Source of the DNA: Epithemia pelagica
Taxonomy: Eukaryota; Protista; Bacillariophyta
DNA length: 64,000 nt
Assembly: GCA_946965045.2 (NCBI GenBank)
Contig: OX337237.1
Span: 1,860,001 to 1,924,000, forward strand
Reading direction: 5' to 3'
Positions 36,204 through 47,798 of the stretch are shown here, piece after piece. The position numbers and the translations under genes were made by a program. Under the pieces are notes generated by a model. That model searched no databases and was not told the origin of the DNA. It saw only the letters and a program-made list of their open reading frames with translations. The stretch's first letter is position 1, and each line of letters opens with the position of its first letter.

Positions 36204-36749
36204 GGGAACGGGGACAATTTACTCAACGCGTTAATTTTCCAGAACGTCCAACGCATTCCATCCCTACTATTACAGAGACAGTCTCTTGGCGACGCGAAGC
36301 AGCAGAACAAGAACCACTGATGCGATACATGAGTGTCCGGGACTATACAAACCCGCCGGTCAATTCAATGATCTTATTGTCCGTCGTACTACCCAGGGCG
36401 CCAGAGAGAGAAGAGCGAGAGTATCGTCCTATGGTGGGAGTAGATGGTGCACACTTGGCTCGTGTTGATTTCTATCGGTGTGGTCCACAAATTGACTTCA
36501 CATTTCCTGAGTACTACTCAGACTGTGGACACTTACGTGACGTATTCTAAGGGTGTGGGAATTTTGCGTATCGTGAGTTCTGCAAAATATGTTCATATTT
36601 TAAAACGGAACATTGATTCACCTTGGGATTATCTTGGGCATCGAACTATCGCGACTGACAATATGGTGATCCGTACTTGTATGATTACTCAGGATCTCAA
36701 ATTCATGGGATTCATCAGTACTTATCCATTGTGAGATGTTGGCGATCAA

Positions 36750-37301
36750 TTAGATACATATATTAACTGAAACACTGAAACTATATTTAAAGAGAGGTAT
36801 CCACGTGCGGTAAGGAGGATAAGACATTCGGAAAGAACATTGGGGGTGGACATCCACTCCATTAAATGTAGGAAAAACGAGAATACCGGTTTCCACAGAG
36901 AAAAGTTCTTCATCCGGTGAGTCATGGATGGGCATATGGTTCACCAACATCCACGAATCATTCCTTTTGTTAAATAGGTAGAACTTGCGGGCAGATGTCA
37001 CTAATTTGGCGATGGGGTGGTTGTCTTCGGAAATGATAGAAGTCTTCACTACTTGGATTGCCTCCCAATCAGCTCGGCCGTTGTAACCAGAAACAGCTGT
37101 TCGGTACAGATCTAGACGAATCAGATACTTTCCATCAGGGATACCATGTGTCCCACCGTGTCTCGTGAGGTCAGAGAATTCAGCACCGTTAACATGACGA
37201 AGAGAATCAGCAACAGCAGGGTCAAAGCCTTCGATTTCCGTTAGAAGGAACGTGATAACCTGTATCGCATCACGGACAGGCAGAGTACAGTTTTGAAACA
37301 C
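36750..37301 (-). CDS. Hypothetical protein (183 aa)
   Basis: Uninterrupted ORF with globular-looking composition; no family recognised. Confidence 0.35.
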   Translation of the reverse strand: MFQNCTLPVRDAIQVITFLLTEIEGFDPAVADSLRHVNGAEFSDLTRHGGTHGIPDGKYLIRLDLYRTAVSGYNGRADWEAIQVVKTSIISEDNHPIAKLVTSARKFYLFNKRNDSWMLVNHMPIHDSPDEELFSVETGILVFPTFNGVDVHPQCSFRMSYPPYRTWIPLFKYSFSVSVNICI

Positions 37302-37809
37302 GAAGGTACGAGAAAAGTCAGTCCTGTGGGGTCAATCGATCCACCCAGTCGCCGACAACGTAGCTCTCACGTTAAGAGGAGGTGCAGTAGAGTGAGTAGT
37401 CGCGGTATCCCTGTCCACAGGAGGAGGTGTGACGAAGCGGTCATTGATTACTCTACCATGGTTATCACGATGGTTGTCATGGTTTGAACGAGCCTGTGAA
37501 GGGACTGTTCCTTCATGGTCACCTTGGACAGGCTCATTGTCCTGAATTGGGTCGTACAGACCACTGTTACTGCCAGTGCTCATTGTCGAAATGAGTTCAG
37601 TAAAAGTTATGATGACAATTTTATGGGGAAAGGGATGTGCAGTGTGCAGTGTAACACCAGAGAGCAGTACTCCGCCCTGTTGGAAAGACGCTGGTGTAAA
37701 CAGAATACCCCACTACCTCGTACTCCGCCCTGTTGGAGAGACATTCGTTTAAACCAAGCCCCACTACTCCTACCTTAGTAGCGTTGCTCTGAATGCTATG
37801 AGATAGTAT

Positions 37810-37879
37810 TAATACTTCCCGGTGTCAAGTCCTTTCAAGGAGGGACCGCCCGGTGCGGAGGGTAGAATGACGAGGAGGG
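37810..37879 (-). repeat. Inverted copy of 35657-35726
   Basis: The reverse complement matches at 67 of 70 positions. Confidence 0.92.
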
Positions 37880-37881
37880 TG

Positions 37882-38900
37882 TTATGTACTGGCAGGAGTT
37901 ACTCTCGGGTGAAGCCTATTGTTTTCTGTGGTTGGTGGTGGAGTGTTTGGCGATCGATTTCCACGTTTGGTGGTGATCCCGTCTTTTTGGAAGTGACGGA
38001 ACATGCCAGCTACCCCTTTGCGTTGAAGAATGGGATCCCATTCGAGACAGAATACCTCAATGTCGTCAGACCGTGAACCGAACTCAACGCCATGATGGAC
38101 AGCTATGCCCCGGGCTTTTCTCTGGACTCGAGAGTACAATGTCTTGTCCCGTTGTTGGTATGTCTTTCGCCAATGGGATTTAAATTGCATGTCAAGACCA
38201 TCGAATCCAAGTTTCATTGGTTGATCCTGTCATTCGCCAAGACCAAAAAACTCGAAGTACAAACGCATCATTGTTAGTTTGTTTTTGGAAATATGGGTGC
38301 ATGGGAGTTTCATACCGATAAAAGTTTCAACATTGTCTTCGGACAGCGGGGGGTTGTTCGGGGTGTCGTTCGGGGGTTCGGTATCTGTTGTGTCTGGCTC
38401 AGGTGGATGGTATAAGGTATTGGGTGCCGGAAGAGTACATGGGAAGGCGGCTGCAAATGCGTCCTGTGGCGATGGTGGTGAAGAAGGGTCGTTGTTCACG
38501 GAATGTCGGGCTGGTGAAGAGATTTCATTGGTGGGATCTGATTCCGCGACATTGGTCTTGTCGTTTTCATTCGTGGAGAAAGCGATTCTAGCAGCATGTC
38601 GTGTCACATCGGTTAAGGCTTCGACAGTTGTTCCAATCAGAGATTGGAACAACGTGTAAATTGCCTCGGAGAAACACATTATTTTCTGATCGGTGCGCCC
38701 TCTTCTTTCCGATGAAACTTGTAAAGTTTCACTTCGTCTTGGTATGAAAGAGGGTCCTGACAGAAATAAACCTAAAAACAGGGTGTGGACATCGTTTTCA
38801 CTCTTTCCATCCCAAACCAGCTAATCGTCATATATCTGACTCCACATTCAAGCTTATTACCAGTGGTGCAAAAGTTTCTGTTGGGAATGGTTCTCATAGA
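37882..38900 (-). mobile_element. Crypton-like element, C-terminal part (HPVF motif, Pro-rich linker, GCR1_C-like domain)
   Basis: KRCPHPVF near 38790, then MKLPCTHISK..MMRLYFEFFGLGE*QDQPMKLGFDGLDMQFKSHWRKTY..LYSRVQR, resembling the GCR1_C domain carried by Cryptons. Confidence 0.55.
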
Positions 38901-40074
38901 TGCATTCTCTTAGAAAATCAAAGTGAACTGGTTTCCCGTGGATCAATACTAAGAATACAAATGGTACCAGAGTTTCCTTCAACCAACCAGCACAATCCAA
39001 AACAGTCCACTGCTTCCCAAATGGTGCAGTGGTTGCAAAAGCATGCAACAGATCCAGGAGTTGGATTACAATACTGCTTTCTCTCGCCGACAAAGCCGAT
39101 ATCCTGGTTACCACCGACATCCCAAGGGCAGACCTGGGCAATAGCGACAAACTCTATTAGAACAGGTAGACGAGAACATGGAATCTGTGGATGAGGAACC
39201 TGATAGAAGGACCAATGGCTTTGTTTTGACAACATTCTGCGTCCCAGATTGATTTTCTTGTTGCTGCGATTAATGAGACTCACAGAGAAATATTCTCGTA
39301 TGGGATCACCCTGGAAACAATCATAACCTCTGAAAAATTGGGATCATTCAAATCATCATCATTGAATGCACAGAGCACATGATCTGATGAATGACCAGTT
39401 CAATGATATTTTCCAGATTGATTCATTGGGCATACCTGGTTAGTCGTTCCATGATATTTTCCAGATTGACTTGTTGGGCATACCTGGTTAGTCGTTCCAT
39501 CAAACGATCACACCAAATTTGTGGACAATTGGCACGGATCACTTTTGTCATGGTGCAAAGTACCCGTATCATTAATGCATCCATTGTTCCATCCAACAAT
39601 GAGGGACGGGAAATTCTGTGATTAGCCTTGTCACGAGAAAATGCACGGCCACCACCATACCCTCCATCTTTCCAGTGACTTTGTCTTTGGTTTGATGATA
39701 ATTTGCCATCAACATTGCAGTTTCTGTTCCAGAGTCAAAATCGTCAATGATACGGGCTTCAATAACAAATTGGAAATCGGTAGCCACTTGTGGAAAAGAG
39801 TCTCTCTTCGGATACGCAGTATGGATCGGTATACGACATTCCTCTGGAAACTTGTAGGCAGGGGCAGTGGCTGTAAAATGTCCATGGGGAATGCGCAGTG
39901 ACTTAGCAACTGTGCAAACAGTCACTGGATCCATGGGCTGATAGACAGCTGTGATTGAATTCATATACTGTAATCTTCCCGGGAAAAAGGGACCTTTTTG
40001 GAACCATCTTCCAATTTTTGTTTGGAATTTCATAATTTCGACAAGAAAGGGCTTGGCCACATCAAATTGGCAAC

Positions 40075-40842
40075 CTATATCATTGGGTTGAAAATGATAA
40101 CATCTCCGTGTCGCAAGGCTACCCCCTGTGGATGCACTGGGAAAACAAAGTAGCATATAATTTCTTCCAAATCAGCCTCCTCTGGTTCTACCAGGACGGC
40201 CACCACACACAATGGAGTATCCGAAATCACAATCTGTATGTGCTTGGAGATAAACATTCCGTCCGAATGCAATGGAGGAGAAAAACTCCATGGCTCTGTG
40301 CCCGTCATCAAGCATTGTGATGTCTTGGTGAACAGCCGTATTTCTGAATCCTGTTAAGTACGACCAATCAACCCATCGTTCAAAGATAAAACTCACAAGA
40401 ATCTCCTTCTCATCGGTGGACATCATGTTAACCCTAACCCTAACCCTAACCTAACCCTAAAGCTTTGACTGTATCAGTCCCCAACCCCCTGGAATTCCGC
40501 TCATCCATGCCAAGGAATTTTGTCTTTCCACGATGTTGATTAGGGGCCTTCTTCTCAATAGGCTTCAAAACTTGTAGAATCTCATGGACAGTGTGGTCTG
40601 GTAGCAATCTAGATTGATAAGGAGGTTTAAGGAACAAGGGAAGTTCATTCACGTTCCATTGTAAAAACAGCACAATTTTTTTCAAGAATAGAAGCAGCAA
40701 TACCAGCCTCAGCCGGAAGAGGCTCCACTGGCAATAGCTCTGACCGTTGTTTCCTGGCCTTTTTCTTCTGTCGTTGCCTTTGTTTTTTAGTGTTCGCAAT
40801 AGCTCCAGCCTTGACAATCCCCTTTGCTACGATTGTCCGCAA
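40075..40842 (-). pseudogene. TET/JBP-like 2OG-Fe(II) dioxygenase pseudogene
   Basis: FFSSIAFGRNVYLQAHTDCDFGYSIV (HxD at 40232-40240), frameshift, then ICYFVFP..GVALRHGDVIIFNP. The distal His is not found. The likely N-terminal part (EKKAPNQHRGKTKFLGMDERNSRGLG) lies beyond the telomeric repeats. Confidence 0.55.
40429..40460. repeat. Interstitial telomere-like repeat, about 5 units of CCCTAA/TTAGGG
   Basis: taaccctaaccctaaccctaacctaaccctaa, with one 5-bp variant unit. Confidence 0.85.
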
Positions 40843-41085
40843 AGAGCTTGATGTTTTGGTTGAACTAAAAGCATGAAACTTCCACTCTCCTTGTTAGCCA
40901 TTTTCTGCAGTGTTGAACCAATCTCTTCCGACGACAACGGTTTAGTTTGCTCCATCAAAGGAGAGGTGGGTCCCCTACTATGAAGAAAGTCTGGGTCCAA
41001 CGGCCGGTCCTAGGAGCTTACCAAACCCAAGTCAACGGCTGGATTTTCAGCTCGGATCCATGCAACCAAAAAGTCGAAGCACAAT

Positions 41086-41962
41086 TCAATAGAATAGGGT
41101 GTCTGAACAAAGCATCGACGCATCCAATGTGAATATTTGAACAACAAGAGCGTGCGAAGAGCTTTCCAGCGGTGAAGAGCAATGCAAATTTCGACTTACA
41201 CTTAGAAAGTTGTAGACAGTCAAAGATTGGTTGTCTAAGGAGGCTTTTTTGTTGCTGTGTGGGTTGTTGCTCGTCATAGGCAGTCTATTGAGGTTCGGTC
41301 TTATGGGAGCGTGATATTTTCTCATAACATAATTTTTGCGGGCGTGTCCTGACAAGGCATTTGCGCATGATATTCATCCTTATCATCCTATCACGCTGGA
41401 GAATGTCTTTCAGCGCGCAAAAATTATGATATGAGAAAATATCACGCTCCCATAAGACCAAACCTGACTGTGGAGGACCACCACAGGAGCGTTTGATCTC
41501 CAGAGTCCAAGGAAAAAATCTTTTTCCTTCAAGCATATTGAGATGAGAACCGGGGTGGGAGTTGGAGAGCTTGCGACCGAATTTGGTCTGACCGCCTCAC
41601 CTATTTGGAGGGGATTTAATGGCAAATACGTACCTTTGTTCCATACTCGTTCTCCGTCTTTCTTCGAATCGACAAAAACTCAAATACTCTTTGATTTTGT
41701 ATTCGTATGCTTTTCTCGTATTTTCGCTTCTGAGAGAATCGCTTACGGTCTTCGTCAACGATTCCATCATCTGCTCCATCTCTTCGTCGTTCATACTGAT
41801 GGGAGATTTGGTAAGGGTTGTAGGCGTAGGCATCGTTGTAGATCCATTGCGTGGAGTACGCTGGGGAGATCGCTCAGGACTGCTGGCGAGGGAGTTGTCT
41901 TCCTCCTCACGAGGAGGAGGAGGACGACGATGAGAACGATCACGAGAAGGAGGGGTGGACAT
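41086..41962 (-). mobile_element. Crypton-like tyrosine recombinase, N-terminal part, with a predicted intron and a MITE insertion
   Basis: LRSENTRKAYEYKIKEYLSFC matches the Crypton R..NT.KAY..K..EF..FC start. The predicted intron is 41527-41633 (gtacgt...ttgaag), and the frame stays open after splicing it and removing the MITE. Confidence 0.6.
41292..41464. mobile_element. 173-bp MITE, PIF/Harbinger-like
   Basis: TIRs of about 49 bp (ggtt(c/t)ggtcttatgggagcgtgatattttctcata(a/t)cataatttttgcg, 2 mismatches) and a 3-bp TSD TGA at 41289-41291 and 41465-41467. Confidence 0.88.
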
Positions 41963-42485
41963 GATTGTAGTTGCCTCTTTAACAAAATTATGAGACTGTT
42001 TCTATCTTAGCCTATTCGTAAAGGATGATGGATGCCTACGATTATCGTTCCTGGTGATTTGCGCATGAAATAGATGGCCAGTGATGGCCAATGCCGTGCA
42101 ACAAAAAAAAATAAAGAGGAATTGCATTTTTTGTTGGGTAACTCTGCATCCCCAGGCATCTACGAATGGATTCATACAGGGCATCTACGAATGGATTCAT
42201 ACAGTTGTACTAGGACAATGAACGCATGGAGTGCCGACGATTGAGGACGGTAAGCTTTGGCGACTGAGAGTATGTCTTTGGTGGTTAAGGACAGACTGCC
42301 TTGGAGAAATAATAAGTAATTATTCTGAAAATAATGACGTGATACTACTGCCAGGTCATTGGCCTGGGCCAAAGTTTGGTGTGGCAGACAGACAAATATC
42401 GTGGTTAGCTTGGCCTTGACTTTGGCCTGGTACGAAATAGAAGTACTTTATTCATTTCAGTACACATTTAAGACCAAATGACTAA

Positions 42486-42900
42486 ATGCATCATTTTCAT
42501 CAACAAATGACAATTACTGCAACCGACGAGGATCCGGCGGAAGATTCAAAACAAGCCGCCAGTACTAGCACCACCAAGGATTCGAAGCAGGTGCAGGCTG
42601 CCGATACCACCAAAGAGTCTCCGAAACAAGCCGCCACCAATGAGGCGTCGATAGATGATTCAAAGCAAGAGAATTCAAAGCAAGGTGCCAATAGCAAAGA
42701 GGCCAAAGATTCAAAACAAGCCGCCAGTACTACCAAAAAGTCCCCGATGCCACCAAAGAGACTACAGAGCAGACTGCCAGTGCCATAGACAAAGAACCGT
42801 CTCGATCGAAGCAGACCTCTCTGGTAGATGATTCAAATCAAGCCACCAGTACTATCAAAGAGTCCCCGAAGGCTGCCACTGCCACAAAAGAGTCACTGAA
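42486..42900 (+). repeat. Degenerate coding-like repeat (DSKQAAST units)
   Basis: gattcaaa(a/g)caagcc(g/a)ccagtact-type units recur. ORF 42486-42788 encodes DSKQAAST/DSKQ repeats and is probably a frameshifted gene fragment. Confidence 0.6.
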
Positions 42901-42945
42901 ACAGACCGCCACTGCCACCGACGATCATTCTCGAGATTTGAACTT

Positions 42946-43150
42946 TTGTCGAAACTCAAGAGATTGTCGGAATTTGAACTTTTACTCTGGAGTATTGTAT
43001 GGAAATCTCAGAATTTGAACTATTGTCGGAACTTGAATTTTTGTCCGAACTTGAATTTTTGTCGGAATTTGAATTGTTGTCGGAATTTGGAATTTTATTG
43101 TAACTCGGAATTTTATCGTAACTCGGAGCTTTATCGTAACTCGGAATTTT
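42946..43150. repeat. Degenerate 18-bp tandem array
   Basis: gaa(c/t)ttgaa(c/t)tttt(g/a)tcg-type units drift into gtaactcggaattttatc units. Confidence 0.75.
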
Positions 43151-43204
43151 TCTCGAAAGAGCTAGAACCTTAATTAGACATGCTACTCGTCCCCGAGGGA
43201 CCAT

Positions 43205-43430
43205 GCCTACTCTGAGTACTGAATACTCACTCTTGAGTACACAACAGGTGAGTACTCTGAGTACTCGGCATGTGCTCAACTGATTACTCAGGGGTGAGTA
43301 CTCTGAGTACTCAGAACCTGCTCAACTGAGTACTCAGAGGTGAGTACTATGAGGACTGAGTACAGTGTCGAACTAAGTACTCAGGGGTGAGTGCACTGAG
43401 GACTGAGTAGGACTGAGTACTCAGGGGACT
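43205..43430. repeat. Cluster of palindromic GAGTACTC / TGAGTACTCA motifs
   Basis: More than ten GAGTAC/GTACTC occurrences in about 225 bp. Confidence 0.8.
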
Positions 43431-44070
43431 TTCTCATTGGGGTTCCATTAAGTCGCTTAAAAGAGAGGAATGCTTCTTGGTGAACAACAAGGGACTCAAA
43501 CTGTGGGAAGGAGAGAGTTGATCAAATCGTTATTGGGAGTTTCACCATTCATCGCAATCACTGGATTCTTTGTTCAGGTTCGGTCAATGTAAGCCATCCA
43601 TTCCGAGCGATTCGCTGCGGAGATCTCAAATTGTGACGTTCAAAGCCAATTGCCCATTGGGGACTTCTAAAACCTCTGTATCGTACAGACGGTAACCCAT
43701 GTCTGGGTCAATGTATCGCTCGACGACTTCAAGCATCGATGACCATCTTTCTTTTTCGTTTCTTGGGACTTTCATATATGCTTTGATCATCGCTTGTATT
43801 TATGAACTCCTCTTCTTCAGATTCGTCTGTCGCTTTTGCATCTTCTGCAACATTTTCAACGCTACCTTTGCTTTCCACATCTTCACTTTGATTCTCAATA
43901 ATTTCAACTACTTCATCATTGAGTGCTTCTTGCTTGATTTGCCAGATTGCATATGAGTGTTTCTTGCTTGATTTGCCAGCATGCATATGCATCATCTTCT
44001 ATTCGGAAGAATTGGAGTCATGCGATCCTGCTTGCGCTCGTTGTTGTTGTTGCCGTCTCAAAAAATCATC

Positions 44071-45495
44071 ATGATGAGCTCACAACAAGAATTTCCTCCG
44101 ATCAAGGAAGAGATCCACTCGGTCCATCAGTTCAACGATGAGGACCTTCCCAAAGAGCAACCAGCCGAGAAGAAACAGGAGAAGAGTCGAGCTGTTGGTG
44201 GATTGAGTGACAAAATCACCAGGCTTCTTCTTGACACTTCCGAGCAGTCGGGAGAATAAAGAGAATTGTTCAACCTCTGGCGACTGTGCTCGGCAATCCC
44301 TGCCATCTACGGAGCAGACGGATCGGCACTTCGAAGGCAAGTGCAACAGCGTTGGGCAAAGTGTAAGCGTCGATCGATTCGGGCCCATCTTGCATACCTC
44401 AGCAAGTTTGACTTGGTCCCTGGAAAAGCATCAACTGAAGAGTACCGAAGATCCATCATGGCGAAGAAGAACCCCCACCATCCCTCCGAAAACTCTACGG
44501 CCCCGTCTACCACCACCCCTCCTGACGAGGAGATCATTCTCGAGGACGACGAACCGGATCCATATGCCTTGTATGGCATCGGAAACAATATACCGCGCCA
44601 ACAACATTGAAGGCCTTGCCGACAACATGGGAGCCCTTGGACTCGATGATGAAGACGGACTGATTGTTGAAGAGGAAGACGCCAAGCCTCCTGCCATTCC
44701 TCATCAGTTTCCAGCAGCAGCGGCCCGTCCTCCAAATCCGCGTGAAGCTGCCGCTGCAATGTTCCACACACCTTCTCGTCATGCTGCTGCTTCTCACCAG
44801 CCTAGCTAGCAACACCATTGCTTTGGACAAGTCTCACCCTTTGTGGCCCATGCCGCCATGGCACAATCTCGGCGAAACAAAATGGAACTTTGAGAAATCC
44901 CTGGATTGATCCAGTGAGCATTATGGGCGAGCGCAATCGCGACTTTGACATCCAGCACGTGGACAATATCAACCACGATGATTACTTCAATCGCAAAGGG
45001 TACCACATTCGCTAGACTGTCGCGCCCCCAGATATGAATTCTTGGATGGCCGAAATCCCAACGGGCGACTACGAGAGCATGTGGGAAGGACGACTGATTC
45101 GTGTGAAGGGACCAGCTCAGGATTTTTGGGTGCGCGACACGGAGTGTTACCACACTGGGCTTGGTTAGGAGTCTAAAGTTAAATGCGACGCAACGCACAG
45201 GGCTCACATTGCGACTGAGGTTGCGATTGAAGAATCAAAGGACGGATGGTGTACGTGGGCATACTGGCTCCTTGTTTTTCCGCCGGGTGTTGTTCTTGAG
45301 AACAGGATTTTCTCGCAAGACAATAGGATTGTGTCCATTACCAAGAATCCTCTGAAGCTGAAGAAAAATCATACTGAAAATCTCTTCGGCAAAGAGATGT
45401 TGGCAATGACAATTTTCTGGTACATTGCTATCTCTGGAGGCTTCATTATTGGTAAGAAGAAGGAAGTTGAGGCCAAGAGCATGTTCGACGACTAG
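44071..45495 (+). pseudogene. Pseudogene of an uncharacterised, apparently diatom-type gene family
   Basis: Consecutive frames give AIYGADGSALRRQVQQRW, GERNRDFDI..RKGYHIR*..VKGPAQDFWVRD, and YWLLVFPPGVVLENRIFSQD..MTIFWYIA..SMFDD*, with several stops and frameshifts. Confidence 0.45.
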
Positions 45496-45727
45496 GTAGT
45501 AATTGACTACATACTACATAGTAAGAAAAGTGAGTTCATTGTTTGGCATGGACTAGAGTATTGTAGGTGTTTGCTATCCATTAGACTTGATGCAGCGCCA
45601 TCGAGCCTTTTCATTGGGCAATGCATTCTGTGCAACAATTGCTGAGTTTAGATGGGACAAGAAAAGGGTTGTGATCTGTTTTGAGCCTTTTCATTGGGCA
45701 ACGCATTCTGTGCAGCAATTGCTGAGT

Positions 45728-46120
45728 TTAGATGGGACAAGAAAAGGGTTGTGATCTGTTTCCTCTGTCTCCTGTTCCAGAGATTTCTTCAAATTCAGCC
45801 ATCTTCTTGGTCAGGACTGTGAAAAGTTCCAACATGTCCAAGTGTTCGAATAATATTGCCTCCTCCTTGTTCATTGGAAGCTTAATATTGGCCTCCATCA
45901 CATAACTCATATGAAGAATATGCGTGAGCTTCAGCACCGATGGCTCCGCCTTGACTTGAATGATCACATAAGTGTAGTACCGGGTGCACTCCTTCGCAGT
46001 GTCGACCCATCCTCTAAGACCCTTGTACGTTCCGAGAATAACCTTGATTCTTGCTCCCTTCCTCTCGTTGATGGGTGGGAGATTGTCTTTCTTCTTCGAG
46101 GTCACTACCATGTTTACCAA
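45728..46120 (-). pseudogene. Small hypothetical protein with a KOW-like motif, both ends altered by tandem duplications
   Basis: KGARIKVILGTYKGLRGWV fits the KOW pattern. Duplications of 80 bp (45603-45761) and 70 bp (46083-46222) overlap its ends. Confidence 0.4.
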
Positions 46121-46313
46121 TTGTTATCGTTTTGTGAGTCGACCGAATACATTTGTCTTTCTTCTTCGAGGTCACTACCATGTTTACCAATTGTTATCGT
46201 TTTGTGAGTCGACCGAATACATCAACATTGATGCCTCTCACTCGCTTGAATCACTTGTCGCGTCGCTAGAAGCGATAAAGAGCGACGAGAGAACATGGTT
46301 GATTATTGCGTTG

Positions 46314-46445
46314 AGGTCGAAACCGTCCGATACCAACTCGAAACCAAAAGCACAAAGTCGAAACCATCCGATACCAAGTCGAAACCAGGTCGAAACCAAG
46401 TCAATAACAAGTCGACACCAAGTCGATACCAGCCGTTAAATACGG
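46314..46445. repeat. Cluster of GTCGA(A/T/C)ACC motifs
   Basis: About ten (gt)cga(a/t/c)acc units in about 130 bp. Confidence 0.75.
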
Positions 46446-47558
46446 GGCCAACCCGAAACCAAACACGTGCAATCTCGTCAAATATTGAACAATCATCACC
46501 ATCCACGACTCAGATGCGACATCAAAAAACAAATAACTAGACTATGTTGGACATTGAGCACGTGTCTCTACAATGCTATAGTGATCATGCAGGAAATGTT
46601 GCTAGCTAGCTATTTTAGCGATGAACCCTAGCTACCCAATAGGCGGATTAAGTAAGATTCTCTAGTGGGAACCAAAATCACGGGTGTCCCTGTTGCAGAT
46701 GCAACATCTCGTTGCACAGACACTTATACTTATGCTCTAACTCTTCATAAGCCAATATGAAGAGGGGCGGCTTGATGTCTTGACGAAGACCTCGTTGAAT
46801 ATGTCTGACGGTTGATTGTAGTCGGCGTGTTCCCACTGTTGTTCCTGTCCGCAGTTCCAACATGTGGCAGATTCAAAAAAACACAACCGGGAACAAGTGA
46901 GAAGAACTTGGTGGATGGGTGCAGAACAATAAAGCAGCGAAGGAAAAAACATATGAAGACAAGCCTTAGAAGGCCATTATCTAGGAAATGAATGTTCTCT
47001 GAAACAAATCACAACCCTTCTGGAATGCATTGTTTCGGCAGCGTTCTGTCAATTTCAGTACCAGACAGTCATATCTCACAGTTGACAGACAACAATTGTC
47101 TCCTTATTTGACACATGATGGTCAGTGTGGATAAAGCAATGGGTAGCCTCCTGACTATGACTTTTCACAAAGCAATAGGTTCCCTCCAAATTCTGACATG
47201 TCTCCAGGCATGGCCAATGTGTGGTGATGAAATGCAAAAGGACACATTTTAGGCCACAATGCTGATATTTGTTCACTAGCTGGTCATTACTTTGATAACA
47301 AAACAGAAAACTTTGTTTCCTCAATTGAGTTTGTTTCTTCACTGTAAGTGATGTAGTGTTGCTCCAATGAGACAGTCACAATAAGAAACAGCTCCTACAA
47401 AAAAGAGTAGAAATAATGAAAATCATGGAAATACCCAAATTGAGTGCTTGAAGGAAGGTCCAGGGTGTAGCCGAGGTTGGAACGGAAGTACTTGAGGAGG
47501 GAGGATTGGTTGGGGGTGCCGAAGAGGCCGAGGCTTGAGAAGACAAGGACGCCAAAGA

Positions 47559-47798
47559 TGAATAAATAATCACGGGCGCCCCCTTTGTAACCTACGAAGG
47601 GCCTCGCCATGCCTCGCTACGTACCGCCTGGCATTGCCCGGCCCCTAGTTATGTGTTCGCTAGTGGGTACCGTGGTCGCTGTTTGGCCCCTACGTGAGCG
47701 ATTTGCCCCCAAAGGGCACCCCTAGTTTAGTCATCATAATTTCTGATAGTTTGATTGTTGCAAGCCGTATATTGCGTCTGGCCGTCAGTTTTTATTCA
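47559..47798 (+). repeat. Element 3 5' LTR (240 bp)
   Basis: Identical to 54728-54967 except cattgcc versus catcgcc. Followed by the PBS-like gtttatcagaccc. Confidence 0.97.

Noticed and set aside
46560-47550. Short ORFs left of Element 3
   Set aside because: No recognisable motifs, and stops occur in all frames.
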